Shown here one piece after another: positions 1-13,745 of a DNA stretch of 64,000 nucleotides. The position numbers and the translations under genes are program-made. Under the pieces are notes generated by a model. That model made no database searches. It was not told the origin of the DNA and worked only from the letters and a program-made list of their open reading frames with translations. The DNA lies in contig OX597824.1 of assembly GCA_951406725.2 (NCBI GenBank), positions 95,542,001 through 95,606,000 of the forward strand, in the 5' to 3' direction. Origin of the DNA: Octopus vulgaris (Eukaryota). The first letter of the stretch is position 1. Each line of letters starts with the position of its first letter.

Positions 1-1
1 C

Positions 2-109
2 AGTCAGTTACAGAAGGAAAACAACCAGCTGCGTTTATTAGTACAGAACTACTCAACGTATTATCCAGCCTTAAACTGGGGAGAAAACGCTTCCTACCCG
101 TGTACATAA
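2..109 (+). CDS. Possible 3' end of an upstream gene (coiled-coil/bZIP-like C-terminus SQLQKENNQLRLLVQNYSTYYPALNWGENASYPCT*)
   Basis: Open frame from the window edge to TAA 107-109 in non-repetitive sequence; Leu/Val heptad-like spacing (LQKENNQLRLLVQ). Too short to assign. Confidence 0.3.
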   Translation, partial: SQLQKENNQLRLLVQNYSTYYPALNWGENASYPCT

Positions 110-679
110 AACTCACATCCTCTCTCCGCTTCTTTCTCCCTTTTTCTTTCAAATGTGCCGAAACTCTACAAAGCAAAATGGTTTTTGGACTCTGTGCTGA
201 TGGAAGCAATGATCTCAATTTGTATATATTTATAACTAACACTAGTCGGAAAAGCCTGACAAATACTGGTACCGTCACTGAAGCTTGGCTGTTTGATGCT
301 AATGAATTCGGATTAGAATTTGGTGGTCATGTTGTGGTGGTGATAGTAGGGGGCAGCGAGCATAAAGAACAAAGTAACAAAAAACATTTTCTCTAAAAAA
401 AAAATGCCTATATATTATATTATTAATGATTTCTGTCATTTCCCTTTAAAGACCACCTACATTAATTAACGACAAATTACTAAAAACTAATTGCTACAAT
501 AGTCGTTCTTTTTCTTTTTTGTAAATTACGTTCCTTTTTTTTTCTCTTTTACTCTTTGAGGAAAAAAAATTAATCCAATAATTATAGTTTCAAGAACCAC
601 AATAACGATCAAATTTTTTTACATAAAACACGGTCGAATAATGAGCGTTGGGCTCAATCCCATTGAAATTTCAAACTTC

Positions 680-840
680 TTAAGGCAACTGGAAATCCCA
701 TGTAAGACTGATGTTTTGCAAAAAGCAGCCTCATTGGGCTCATCTTAAGGAAAGCATTATCTGTCTGAGGTCCTTGTTGTGACTCGGCAGATGACCAAAG
801 ACTCCGGTGAATTTTTACATACAGTATGTTATGAAGGAAG
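680..840 (+). mobile_element. 3' end of an R4/Dong-like RLE non-LTR retrotransposon with (AAT)n tail
   Basis: Degenerate translation QLEIPCKTDVLQKAASLG..HxLRKALSV* resembles the typical QKAVLLGTAHILRKVL C-terminus; a short UTR then runs into (AAT)n. Confidence 0.55.
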
Positions 841-981
841 AATAATAATGATAATAATGATAATAATAATAATAATAATTATAATAATAATAAAAAAAAT
901 TCTTGTTTATTTTTAATAATAATAATGATAATAATAATAATAATAATAATAATAGTGATGATAATAATAATAATGATGATG

Positions 982-1019
<38 letters not shown>

Positions 1020-1273
1020 TTCTCATTTATTTTTAATAATTAATAATAATAATAATAATAGTGATGATAATAATAATGATGATGATAATAATAATAATGA
1101 TAATAATGATGATGATAATAATAATAAAAATAATAATAATAATAAAACATTCTCATTTATTTTTAATAATTAATAATAATAATAATAATAGTGATGATAA
1201 TAATAATGATGATGATAATAATAATAATGATAATAATAATAATAATAATGATAATAATAATAATAATAATAAT

Positions 1274-1315
<42 letters not shown>

Positions 1316-1377
1316 TTCTCGTTTATTTTTAATAATTAATAATAATAATAATAATAGTGATGATAATAATAATGATG

Positions 1378-1420
<43 letters not shown>
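841..1420. repeat. Compound (AAT/GAT)n microsatellite with higher-order unit
   Basis: AAT/GAT runs interrupted four times by AAAAATTCTCATTTATTTTTAATAAT-like spacers (~895, 1015, 1145, 1311). Confidence 0.9.
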
Positions 1421-1878
1421 GGTTACAGCAAATATTCTGCTCAATACCACAGATTTGCTTGTCAGTTGTTTGACCTTAACCAGTTGAGCATGTCCCTTAG
1501 TGGCTGACGATATGTGCATCTCTGATCACAAGCAGGAGTAGTGGGGGAGCATCATAGCCATGCGTTGAAAGGAATTCTTGGAGGTTTGAATAATTCACCT
1601 CTGGAAACATGGGTAGTTCGTTCAACATCCTTAAACAACCCTTATTCAGGGACCTCTTGAGTGGGATGGGCTACTCGACCAGAAGAAAATTCTAACTGGG
1701 CCCCCACCTGCAAGGTCATGTGCTGTTTATCTTGATATGAGATCACCATGTCACGCACATATGGTTGTGATGCATGTGCCTGGTGTACCCTTATCAGACG
1801 GGTAGTCATGATGGGTGTACTGGGCTTCGTATATTTTACCCCAGTGTCACTTTGATGGCATGCACTGCTCTCTCACTC

Positions 1879-1935
<57 letters not shown>

Positions 1936-1955
1936 AATAATAATGATGATGATGA
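1421..1955 (+). mobile_element. Probable retroelement 3' UTR fragment embedded in (AAT)n
   Basis: ~460 bp of balanced-GC sequence flanked by AAT tracts on both sides and ending directly in an (AAT)n tail. Confidence 0.45.
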
Positions 1956-2317
1956 ACATTTCTATGAGTACAAAAAAGAAATGAAACTTAGGAAATAAGG
2001 GTGGACGGGTTGGATGTACCAACCACCAAGTGCCGTTATTGGTGGTAATGGCACCGTTAAAGATCTGTACAAGTGTAAGTGGTGCCACCAAATATATATC
2101 TACAAGAGTCAGTGCTCCACAATGGAAATAACTCTACGAGTAAATGTTTATAGCAATGTACCGATTTATGGAATATATTGGTATTAATCTACGTTGAAGA
2201 ATATACTCACAGGAATGAGGAAAAAATTTAAGCATAATCCTGTGTGTATATATATATGTATATACACACACATGCATGCATAATACATACATAAATACAT
2301 ATTCATACATACATACA

Positions 2318-2515
2318 TGGTCAGTCGCCATGATAGATCGTTAGCCACTACACACATTTTTTTCTCTTTGTTTTTTCTGTGTCCCTTTCTGTAGAAGAGC
2401 GTAGGCTCGAAACGTAAAATACCTTTTCTATTCCTGAGCGTTATACTAATACATCTGTTTGTTTTGTACACCACCTGTCTTCATCTTTTGTTGTTTTTTT
2501 CATAAACTCTCCCTA
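2318..2515 (+). mobile_element. Penelope-like pseudo-LTR fragment (related copies ~3110-3295 and ~22560-22790)
   Basis: Three related copies share ...GAGC-NNNN-GCTY-GAAA-YG-TH...CTGAGC...CTAATACA... and abut TA/CA microsatellites. Confidence 0.5.
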
Positions 2516-3065
2516 TATATATATATATATATAAATACATATTGGTGAGTTTATAAATGTATGTGGTGGTGATAGTGTGGGTGGGGTCGATGGGTTCACA
2601 GAGGCACTGAAACATCCAACAGAGAACGACTTGTGGTATTCTGTTGCGGTTCTTTACATTCTGAGTTCAAATCCTACCCGTGTTGATCTTGTCTTTAATC
2701 TTTCTTGGGTAAATGAACTAAAGGGTCTGTTAAGTACTGGGATAAATGCAATCGACTGGACCCTTATTAAAAATTTGTGGCTTCGCCCTTATGTTTAGAA
2801 ATCAGTGTTATAATGATGAAATTCTAAAAGTATGAATGTATATGCATGCGTGCATATATATAAATATATATCTGAAAATACGTATGTTTATATTTAAACA
2901 GCGTCGGCCAAAAAGATCACAAAGGACTCAAATCCTTTATATTTTTTTTTTATTTTCTTTTAGTAATTTTTGTTATTTTGATTTGAAACTGGAACACTTT
3001 CATGACTTTTGACACACACATATATGTGTATGTGTATATATATATAGATATATATGTACACACAC

Positions 3066-3096
<31 letters not shown>

Positions 3097-3299
3097 AAAC
3101 ATTACTCAAGACATTTTTTTCTCTGATTTTTTTTGCTGCTCTCTGTGTTATTTTTTTTTTCGGCATTTTTATTTTGTAGACGAGCATAAGCTCGAAATGT
3201 CGAGAACTCATCCATTTTTACTGAGCTTCTAACTAATACACTTTGATTGTTGTTCCCTGACCTGTCCCCGTTTTCTGTTTTTGTACAATTTTGAACCAC

Positions 3300-3603
3300 A
3301 TACACACACACACACACACACACGCACACACGCACACACACAAACACTTGTATACTGTTGTACGTATAACGTCCATGTCTATACATACACGCAAACACAT
3401 GCACATTCACACATACACATACACACACGCGTGTGTATGTATATATATATGTATGTATATTTATATATATATACATACATATACATACATATATATATAT
3501 ATACATATGTATGTATATATGTATATATATCTATATATATATACATATATATATATGTATGTATGTATGTATATATATCCATATATATATATATACATAC
3601 ATA

Positions 3604-3639
<36 letters not shown>

Positions 3640-3669
3640 TATATATATGTATATATATATGTATGTATG

Positions 3670-3727
<58 letters not shown>

Positions 3728-3757
3728 CATACATACGTATATATATATATATATATA
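3300..3757. repeat. (CA)n/(TA)n/(TATG)n compound microsatellite
   Basis: Direct reading. Confidence 0.95.
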
Positions 3758-4099
3758 GTCCAACTAAGAATCTATGCGTGTGGGTGGAGCAATACGCCCT
3801 CATATATTTGTCAGCAAAGCGTGTATATTAATCAGAGTGTACATTACGACTGGTCTTACCAGTCAGCCCTGCACCGAGTGTTAAACCAGAAGTTAGATAA
3901 AACCACGTTCAAGTAATACCGTGTGCTTGTCAGAGATAGCAGGTTCGCCATACCTAGCAGCCCCTGACAAACGAGCAGTATTAATTAACCGTGGTGTTAT
4001 CTAACATCCGATTTAATGGTCAGTACGAAACGAATCAGTAAGATCGGCCATAATGGATGTATTATACAATACACTGTCATTAATATATATATATATTAC

Positions 4100-4390
4100 A
4101 GAGATGTACTTGCATAGCAAGTGACTTGATCTGAGGTCGTGTGCTGGAACGAAAATAATTGCAGCGTGGAAGGTGTTTATAAACATTTAAGAAACACACA
4201 AAAACCATTAGATTCACTTCAACATTTAAATTTAATTTGTCATGCAGCACGAAGCTTTGTCAGTGAAAAGGTCACGGTCTCAAAGCGATGAAAATAATTT
4301 GACAAATTAAATTTAAATGTTGAAGTGAATCTAACGGTTTTGTGTGTTTCTTAAATGGCTTATAAACACCTCCCACGCTGCAATTGTTAT
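4100..4390. mobile_element. Penelope-like repeat with internal inverted duplication (linear copy at ~30210-30415)
   Basis: 4157-4242 is the reverse complement of 4300-4385; the same sequence occurs un-inverted at 30256-30410. Confidence 0.65.
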
Positions 4391-5151
4391 ATATATATTA
4401 TACATAGATAGATATGTGTATATGTGTGTGAGTGTATTTATATATATGCACATACACACACTCATACTCACATACATACATATATGTATTTTTTCGTACA
4501 TTTAACGTCAATTTTTTTCTCCATATTTATATATATATATATACATTTACATGAATATATTGAACTGTACATATCTAACCATGAGATTAAAATTAAATTT
4601 TCTACACTGCGATGAGAACTGAAAGTTCTCGTCTATTATTTTAAAATGTATCTTAAAAATCCACCTTATTTTATCATAAATTCGGACATGATGACATCAG
4701 AAGTAATGTCTTATCAGGGTTATTTCTCACCTAACAAACGATATCGCAACAAACCAACAACAGCACAAAAAAAATAATAAAAAGGAAAAGTAAAATTGAA
4801 ACCTAAAAAAAAAAAAAAATATATATATATAAGTATAACAATGAATAACAAAGTCCAGAGTCTGAAGTACGTTTACTGAAACAAGCCAGCAAAATTAAGT
4901 CTGCGTAGAAAGATTAGGAAAATCTGCCAGGAGTTGATCTTGAAAGAAGGAATTATTACAGATATTTGAATCTAACTGCTCTGCCGTAACACACACACAC
5001 ACACATTTATGGCAAAATGCTTTCGGTTTCCATCTACTAAATCTACTCACAAAGCTTTTGCTGGCCCAGGGTAACAGTAGATAAGACACTTGTTTAAGGT
5101 GTCACACAGTGGGACTGAACCTGAAACCACACAGCCATGCTTGTGCGTATA

Positions 5152-5332
5152 TACGAAGAGTTGCTAAAAATTTCCTGGCTTTAAGGGTATCGCGAAAGAT
5201 TTGGTTGGAGGCCCAAACTTCCGAGTTCCTTTACAGGGCTTAGAAAAACTGAAGGACCACTGCAATAAATGTGTGAATCTGAGAGATGCAATGAGTGTGT
5301 GAATCTGAACCTTTTCGGCACCCTTTCATATA
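5152..5332 (+). mobile_element. Mariner-derived MITE/remnant
   Basis: TACGAAGAGTTGCTAAAAATTTCC ... CTTTTCGGCACCCTTTCATA degenerate TIRs; the internal frame resembles the mariner C-terminus (GLEKLKDHCNKCVNL). Confidence 0.55.
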
Positions 5333-5497
5333 CGTAATATTTAAATATGTGTGTATGTGTGTGTGTCTGTGTGTGTGTATGTGTATAATATACAATATAT
5401 AATATATATGTGTAAATATTTTATCTTTTACTCTTTTCAGTCATTAGACTGCGGCCATGTATACCTATGTATGTATGTATGTATGTATGTATGTATG

Positions 5498-5546
<49 letters not shown>

Positions 5547-6794
5547 GTATGTATATGTACATACAGATATTATGTGAGTGTATGTATATGAGTGTTGTTG
5601 TGAACTGGTTTTGAAGAATCTCGGAGTGAGAAAGCAGAAACAGATGTTATCACCTTACTAGCACACTTGTTTCCCCATTCTCAGATGAAGGAGAAAGATA
5701 CGAAACGTCATTTTGGGCAGCCCTTAAGTGCCTGGAAATCTTTAAAACTCTTCTATAAACTCCCGTCTGAATTAATTGTTACCAGTACACTACCTTACCA
5801 TTTTCCTCAGATTCTGGGCCTAACTATTCTTTAATCGTTGATGGTACTAATTTACTTTTCGCTTCTCATTCTTCACCTTATTTTCCATTTTATCTCAGAC
5901 TGACACAGATTTGCATAATTGTTTCACTGATAATCCAACGTTAATATCCTCCTCCTCTTCATCATCACCCCCTCCTCCTCCTCCTCCTCCTCCTCATTAT
6001 CACAATCAGCATAAATTATCCTTATCATCGCCGCTGGCGCAATCTCGATTGGCGAGGTTTTTCTGGATTCAAATCATATTAACGTACAGTAATAACTGGG
6101 GTTTGTTTTTAATTCGAGACAACTATTGAACAAAAATATTACCTGGACATCTCAAGGGACAGGAAAGGATTTTTTTTTATATTTACAACCTGTATGAAAT
6201 TGAATACAACCTAATAATGCCGCATTGAATGTTAACTTTATTACATATACCTACAAATGGTATTATTATATTTATTGTAAAAATGTAATTATAAATACTG
6301 AAATAAAAAAATATATATAAATTTACCACTTTGCTTTTCTTTTATTCTTTTATTTTTTACTTATTTCAGTCATTAGACTGTGGCCATGCTGGGGCACCGC
6401 CTTGAAAAATTTTTAATTGAATGTGTCGACCCCAGAACTTTTTTTTTTACGTCTGATGCTTGTTCTATCGCTTTCTTTTGTCGAAATGTTAAATGGAGGT
6501 GTAGTCAAATCCTATTTTATGGACCCAACCATGTTCTAAAATAAGTCGAATGGTAAGCTACTATAAATCGGCACAAACTTTCCACACAACCCAATATTAT
6601 TCGACAAGCAGCCTCACAAACATAACCAACCAGCCAGCCAGCCAGAAAGTGTTTTGTTCAAGAAAACAAGGCATCGCTCGGTCTGAGAATTGAAAACCAC
6701 TACCTTGCAATCGCGAGTGCAACATCCTAAGCAGTAGGCCACGTGCTTTCATATTTATTTTCAGAGGAACGAAAAATTAAACCAATTGTGTATA

Positions 6795-7110
6795 TGAGTT
6801 GTGTCAGAAAAGAAACATGACTGAGGGCACATAAAATTTATGCCAAATCCAAACTACAAACTACAAGATTTCTCTTTCGAAATAATCCCCACTTGCGTCT
6901 AACGTACTTTACCATCCTTCTCCGCCATGCCTCCATTCAGTCCTGGAGGAATTCTCTGCAGCTCCGTCATCACGGCCTTCTTGATGGCTGCCATGCCATG
7001 AAAACAGGTCTCTAAGGGGAAAAAAATCACACGGAGCCAGGTTGGATGAGTAGGGAGGTTGCTCCAGCATGGTGATGTTCTTCCCAGGAAAGAACTGGCG
7101 GATGCAGGGT
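6795..7110 (-). mobile_element. Mariner transposase C-terminal remnant
   Basis: AIKKAVMTELQRIP...GDYFE-like degenerate translation with frameshifts. Confidence 0.55.
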
Positions 7111-7807
7111 GGACCAAAAATGCTTGATGGCCTAAAACTGAGGAGCTGTTAACAAAAATACATGAAAATATATATATATATATATATATATACACAATGG
7201 CTGCAGAGAGCTGATGCTGCAGTTATCTACTTTCTGGATATTACGTCATACGATGACGCATATCGTTAATTCCTACCCCACACATAGCTTACTAAACAGT
7301 AAGTCTTGTTACTTTTGACACACCTTGTATAATGCATTTAATCTTGTGTGATATTATCTCTTTTTATCAAATTATTATCTGTTAAACATATTTGGTATTG
7401 ATTTTTATCACCGACACAAAACCACAAGAAGACCTTACAAACTTTTAGGTGAGCTTGTTTCATTGAATCAAATTCACAAAATGTTTTGTAGATTTTAGAA
7501 GGGTGAATGAGAAAGTTAAACCCAGCGTGATTTGAACTCAAAACTCAAATGCAAGTAAATGCCACAACAGTTTTGCCCAGCATTCTACAGAATCTGCTAT
7601 CTGCTGCTGTTGAAAATATATCTGTCTTTTAACCGAAGACTACACAAAAGCAGTATCATTGTTATTACAAAACTCAACTTTTTTTTCTTTGGAAGAATCC
7701 CAAGATTAAATAAAATGGCTGACACCAAGAGTCAAAACTAAAACTGGATATTTCCATCTGGTGTGAATTTAAACATTAAGACACAAATGATTGTAAGAAA
7801 CTTTCAG

Positions 7808-8212
7808 TGCAGAAGTGGCTGTGTGGTAAGTAGCTTGCTTACGAACCACATGGTTCTGGGTTCATTCCCACTGCGTGGCACCTGGGGCAAGTGTCTCCTA
7901 CTATAGCCGCGGGCCGACCAAAGCCTTGTGAGTGGATTTGGTAGACGGAAACTGAAAGAAGCCTGTCATATATATGTATGTATATATATGTGCATGCGTT
8001 TGTGTGCGTGTTTATGTGTTTGTCCCCCCAGCATCGCTTGACAATCAATGCTGGTGTGTTTACATCACCGTAACTTAGCGGTTCAGCAAAAGAGACCGAC
8101 AGAATAAGTACTAGGCTTACAAAGAATAAGTCCTGGGGTCGATTTGCTCAGCTAAAGGTGGTGCTCCAGCATGGTCACAGTCAAATGACTGAGACAAGTA
8201 AAAGAGTAAAAG
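7808..8212 (+). mobile_element. tRNA-derived SINE family A (about a dozen copies in window)
   Basis: Head GGAGTGGCTGTGTGGTAAG...GGGTTCAGTCCC, central microsatellite, tail CAGCATGGCCGCAGTCAAATGACTGAAACAAGTAAAAGAG. Other copies: 8596-9310, 9760-10140, 14441-14590(-), 19066-19330(-), 22921-23080, 24000-24145, 24341-24755(-), 31355-31505(-), 37924-38420, 41097-41260, 44820-45210, 48667-48998, 59610-59937. Confidence 0.85.
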
Positions 8213-8232
8213 AATTCTTGTGGAATCTCTTT

Positions 8233-8379
8233 TTACAGCTCATCTTGGGGCTTTATTTGTTTGGCAAACTCTTCGACAGACAGCAAATAATCCATAAATC
8301 CAACGATAGGGTACTTCGCCAAATAAACTTGGTGAAATATTTGTTCCAGATCCTTCAATTGGGTTTCACTCAAATCACT
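8233..8379 (-). CDS. NENF: Neudesin (cytochrome b5-like heme/steroid-binding MAPR protein), exon 4 (terminal)
   Basis: CAG acceptor at 8380-8382; SDLSETQLKDLEQIFHQVYLAKYPIVGFMDYLLSVEEFAKQIKPQDEL*; matches the neudesin VYKAKYPIVGY motif; phase 0. Confidence 0.93.
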   Translation of the reverse strand, partial: SDLSETQLKDLEQIFHQVYLAKYPIVGFMDYLLSVEEFAKQIKPQDEL

Positions 8380-8779
8380 CTGTAAAATAAATGAGGAAAG
8401 TTTAGTCTCACACTGTTCTGACTTGGACAAGTGTCTCGTACTCTAGCCTCAGGCCAGCCAAAGTCTTTTTGAGTGGACAGAGACTGTGAGGAATCCCATC
8501 ATATAGATATGTGTGTGTATGTATGTGTGCGTGTGTATGTTTATCCACTGCCACCACTTGCCAACTGGTGTTGGTTTGTTTACGAGAATAAACAAGTAGG
8601 AGTGGCTGTGTGGTAAGTAGCTTGCTTATCAACCACATGGTTCCAGGTTCAGTCCCACTGCGTGGCACCTTGGGCAACTGTCTTCTATTATAGCCTTGGG
8701 CTGACGAAAGCCTTGTGAGTGGATTTGGTAGACGGAAACTGAAAGAAGCCCGTCGTATATATATGTATGTATATATGTA

Positions 8780-9113
8780 AAAGGGTAAAGACCCCCTTCG
8801 GTCATGAATGACCATGGGATTGCACCTAGAAAGTTACCCTCCTAGACACAAGTCCGGGCAAGGTTGTTTATGGAAGGCTAGCAGTCGCCCATGCATACCA
8901 GCCTCCCCTCTCCACGCCACCAGTGTTATCCAAGGGAAAGACAAAGGTCGATACAGCTTGGCACCTGTGACGTCGCAACTCATTTCTACAGCTGAGTGAA
9001 CTGGAGCAACGTGAAATAAAGTGCCTTGCTCGAGAACACAACACGCAGCCTGGTCCGGGATTCGAGCTCACAACCTCACGATCGTAAGCTCGACGCTCTA
9101 ACCACTGAGCCAT
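8780..9113 (-). mobile_element. tRNA-derived SINE family C nested inside a family A SINE
   Basis: A-box TGGCTCAGTGG, B-box-like GCTCGAATCCC, tail ATGACCGAAGGGGGTCTTTACCC; it interrupts the microsatellite of the 8596-9310 SINE. Other copies 30965-31268, 34120-34450(-), 48243-48577. Confidence 0.85.
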
Positions 9114-9531
9114 GTGTGTGTATATGTTTGTCTCTCCCCGCACATCGCTTGACAACCGATGCTGGTGTGTTTACATCCCTGTAACTTAGCAGTTCTGCAA
9201 AAGAGACCGATAGAATAAGTACTAGGCTTACAAAGAATAAGTCCTGTGATCGATTTGCTCGACTAAAGGCGGAGTTCCAGCATGGCCACAATCAAATAAC
9301 TGAAACAAGTATAAAAAGAGTATAGACAAAAAAAAGAAGAAAAACAAGATGATGGGTTAAAATCCATATTGTCAGTTGGTCAAGTTTAGGAATTCATGTG
9401 GAAAGTGAAATGATGGTTGCTTATATAGAGGAGATGCCCGAGGACTCTACCTCCACAGCTGTCTCAAGAATCGAGGGTGGAAAAGATAGATGAATGGATG
9501 GAATGATGGATGGATATTCCAGAGAACTTAC

Positions 9532-9641
9532 AATGTCGTGTGCTTTACTGACGTCTGTTTCATGAAGGCTCATTTTAGCCACAGCGTTGGTAGAATCTCT
9601 TCCGACTAATCGGTTATATACTGCATTCTTTCCATAGAATT
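9532..9641 (-). CDS. NENF: Neudesin exon 3
   Basis: TAG acceptor 9642-9644, GTAAG donor 9531-9527; (E)FYGKNAVYNRLVGRDSTNAVAKMSLHETDVSKAHDI versus human [26 protein letters not shown]; both Tyr of the heme-binding region are kept. Confidence 0.94.
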
Positions 9642-9889
9642 CTAGAAAAAAACGGAAAGCAAAATAGAAGGAACCGTTAAATATCAGCAGCAAGGTCAAA
9701 TAGTTCGTTTTAAGCATGAAACATGAATAAAAATTTTTTTAATTTAACTGCTAAACAACGACATGGTTCTGGGTTCAGTCCCACTGCATGGCACCCTAGG
9801 CAAGTGCCTTCTACTATAGCCTCAGGCCAACCAAAGCCTTGTGAGTGGATTTGGTAGACGGAAACTGAAAGAAGCTCGTCATATGTGTG

Positions 9890-9937
<48 letters not shown>

Positions 9938-10456
9938 TGTGTGTGAGTGTTTGTCCATCCAACATCGCTTGACAACCGATGTTGGTGTGTTTACATCCCC
10001 GTAACTTAGTGGTTCGGCAAAAGGGACCGATAGATTAAGTACTAGGCTTACAAAGAATAAGTCCTGGTGTCGATTTGCTCGACTAAAGGTGATGCTCCAG
10101 CATGGCCTCAGTCAAATGACTGAAACAAATAAATGAACAAAAAAAGCAAAGAATCATTAGTTGTTTTTTTTTAACGCAGGTCAGATTTAATTAAGCAAAC
10201 TCATGATGAGAGGCGTTCCAGCTTTGACTTACACACTTCGGATGGCAATTCCTTGTTATTGGCAGCCATTTTTTTTTTTTTTTTTAGTAAAGTATTAGAA
10301 AATAAATTATTACATTCATGAGACGGACATAACAGTTGATCAGTGGACTTTCAGAATGGATATCATTACCCCATGGAGAAAAGTACTGGGAAAAATTTAC
10401 CGGAAAAGGGTGCCGAATTGAAGGGTAAACAATGTAAAAAAACTTAAATGTTTTGG

Positions 10457-10512
<56 letters not shown>

Positions 10513-10631
10513 ACTAAATATATGGCACCCTAGGCATAACACCAACATGAACTTCCAACTTGTTGTCTCTTGATGTCTCTGGGTGAGACTTGGAGCCAAC
10601 TTGTACAAATGTAAAGCAAAAGTCAAACATA

Positions 10632-10672
<41 letters not shown>

Positions 10673-10753
10673 TATACTATGAGTTTCTTTGCCCTAGGAG
10701 TCGGGAAGACACTCGGCAAGAAATGGAAGCAAATTTGAAAGAAGAAAAAAAAA

Positions 10754-10812
<59 letters not shown>
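10457..10812 (+). mobile_element. Two short retroelement 3' ends stacked in an (AAT)n tract
   Basis: Pattern (AAT)n - 120 bp - (AAT)n - 85 bp - (AAT)n. Confidence 0.5.
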
Positions 10813-11039
10813 CTTTCACTGAAGGAAACAATGACCCATTCCTTGCCCTTCTTCCTTCTCTATGAAGTAGTGATAGCTGTTCCAAATCAACTATTACACC
10901 TGTATTACGAGTGTGACAGTTCATTCACCTTATCCCTCTGTAAATGTAAAATTGGCTGATGATAAATAAGGAAGCACCAAAGAAGCAAACAAAGAAAAAA
11001 ATCCCCTTAGCCATGGATATCATAAGCTCTTTGGTAAGA

Positions 11040-11328
11040 ATCACTCAAGGGTTCCAGTTGATCCGATCAACGGAACATTCTGCTTGAGAAATTAATGTTC
11101 AAATGGCTGAGTACTCTACAGACATGAGTATCTTTAACGTAGTTCTCGGGGGAGATCCAGTGTAACACAGAGTGTGACAAGGCCGGCCCTGTTTGAATTA
11201 CAGGTACAAACTCATTTTTGCCAGGTGAGGGGACCGGAGCAACATGAAATAAAGTGTCTTGCTCAAGGATGCAATGCGCCGATGGAAATCGATCTCACGA
11301 TCTTATGATCATGACCACATGCCTTCAC
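11040..11328 (-). mobile_element. tRNA-derived SINE family D (partial copy ~49560-49720)
   Basis: Shares TTGAGCAAGACACTTTATTTCA with family C but has a different tail (CCGTTGATCGGATCAACTGGAACCCT). Confidence 0.65.
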
Positions 11329-11397
11329 ATATATACATACATACATACATACATAAATACATACACATACATACATACATACATACATACATACATA

Positions 11398-11750
11398 CAT
11401 GATGGCCATCCACTCGTGACCGAGGAAGACCATTGCCGACCTTCAGGAACATTGTGCGCTCTAGGACTAACTTATATTTTGCATTTGCGGCTCCATTGGT
11501 GGCTAATGAGCCCTGCTCTTGACAAGCATACAAGACTGCAAACATTGCAGACCAAGCTTTCCCCATTCACTATACGAGCCGTGCGCTTTCGCGCAGCTCG
11601 CTTAAGTTCTTCATGCTGGATACGTGCTCTCTCAAAAGTGTCGATCCTCTCCTTAACCTGCTTCCTCCATATGTGGCGATGACAGGCATTGTTCTCCCAG
11701 TCAGTGTCCTGCATATCACAGGCCTTTAACGAGGACTTGACAGTCCTTAA
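11398..11750 (-). mobile_element. RTE/BovB-like LINE 3' end
   Basis: VKSSLKACDMQDTDWENNACHRHIWRKQV...VCNVCSLVCLSRAGLISH C-terminal motif with CxxC...H, followed by a microsatellite tail. Confidence 0.8.
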
Positions 11751-11754
11751 ATAC

Positions 11755-13745
<1,991 letters not shown>

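Noticed and set aside
925-1519. Poly-Ile/Asn/Leu ORFs
   Set aside because: Translations of (AAT)n microsatellite.
5675-5720. CAGATGAAGG...CGAAACGTC hammerhead-like relic
   Set aside because: Core mutated (CAGA) and stem II does not pair; at most a decayed copy.
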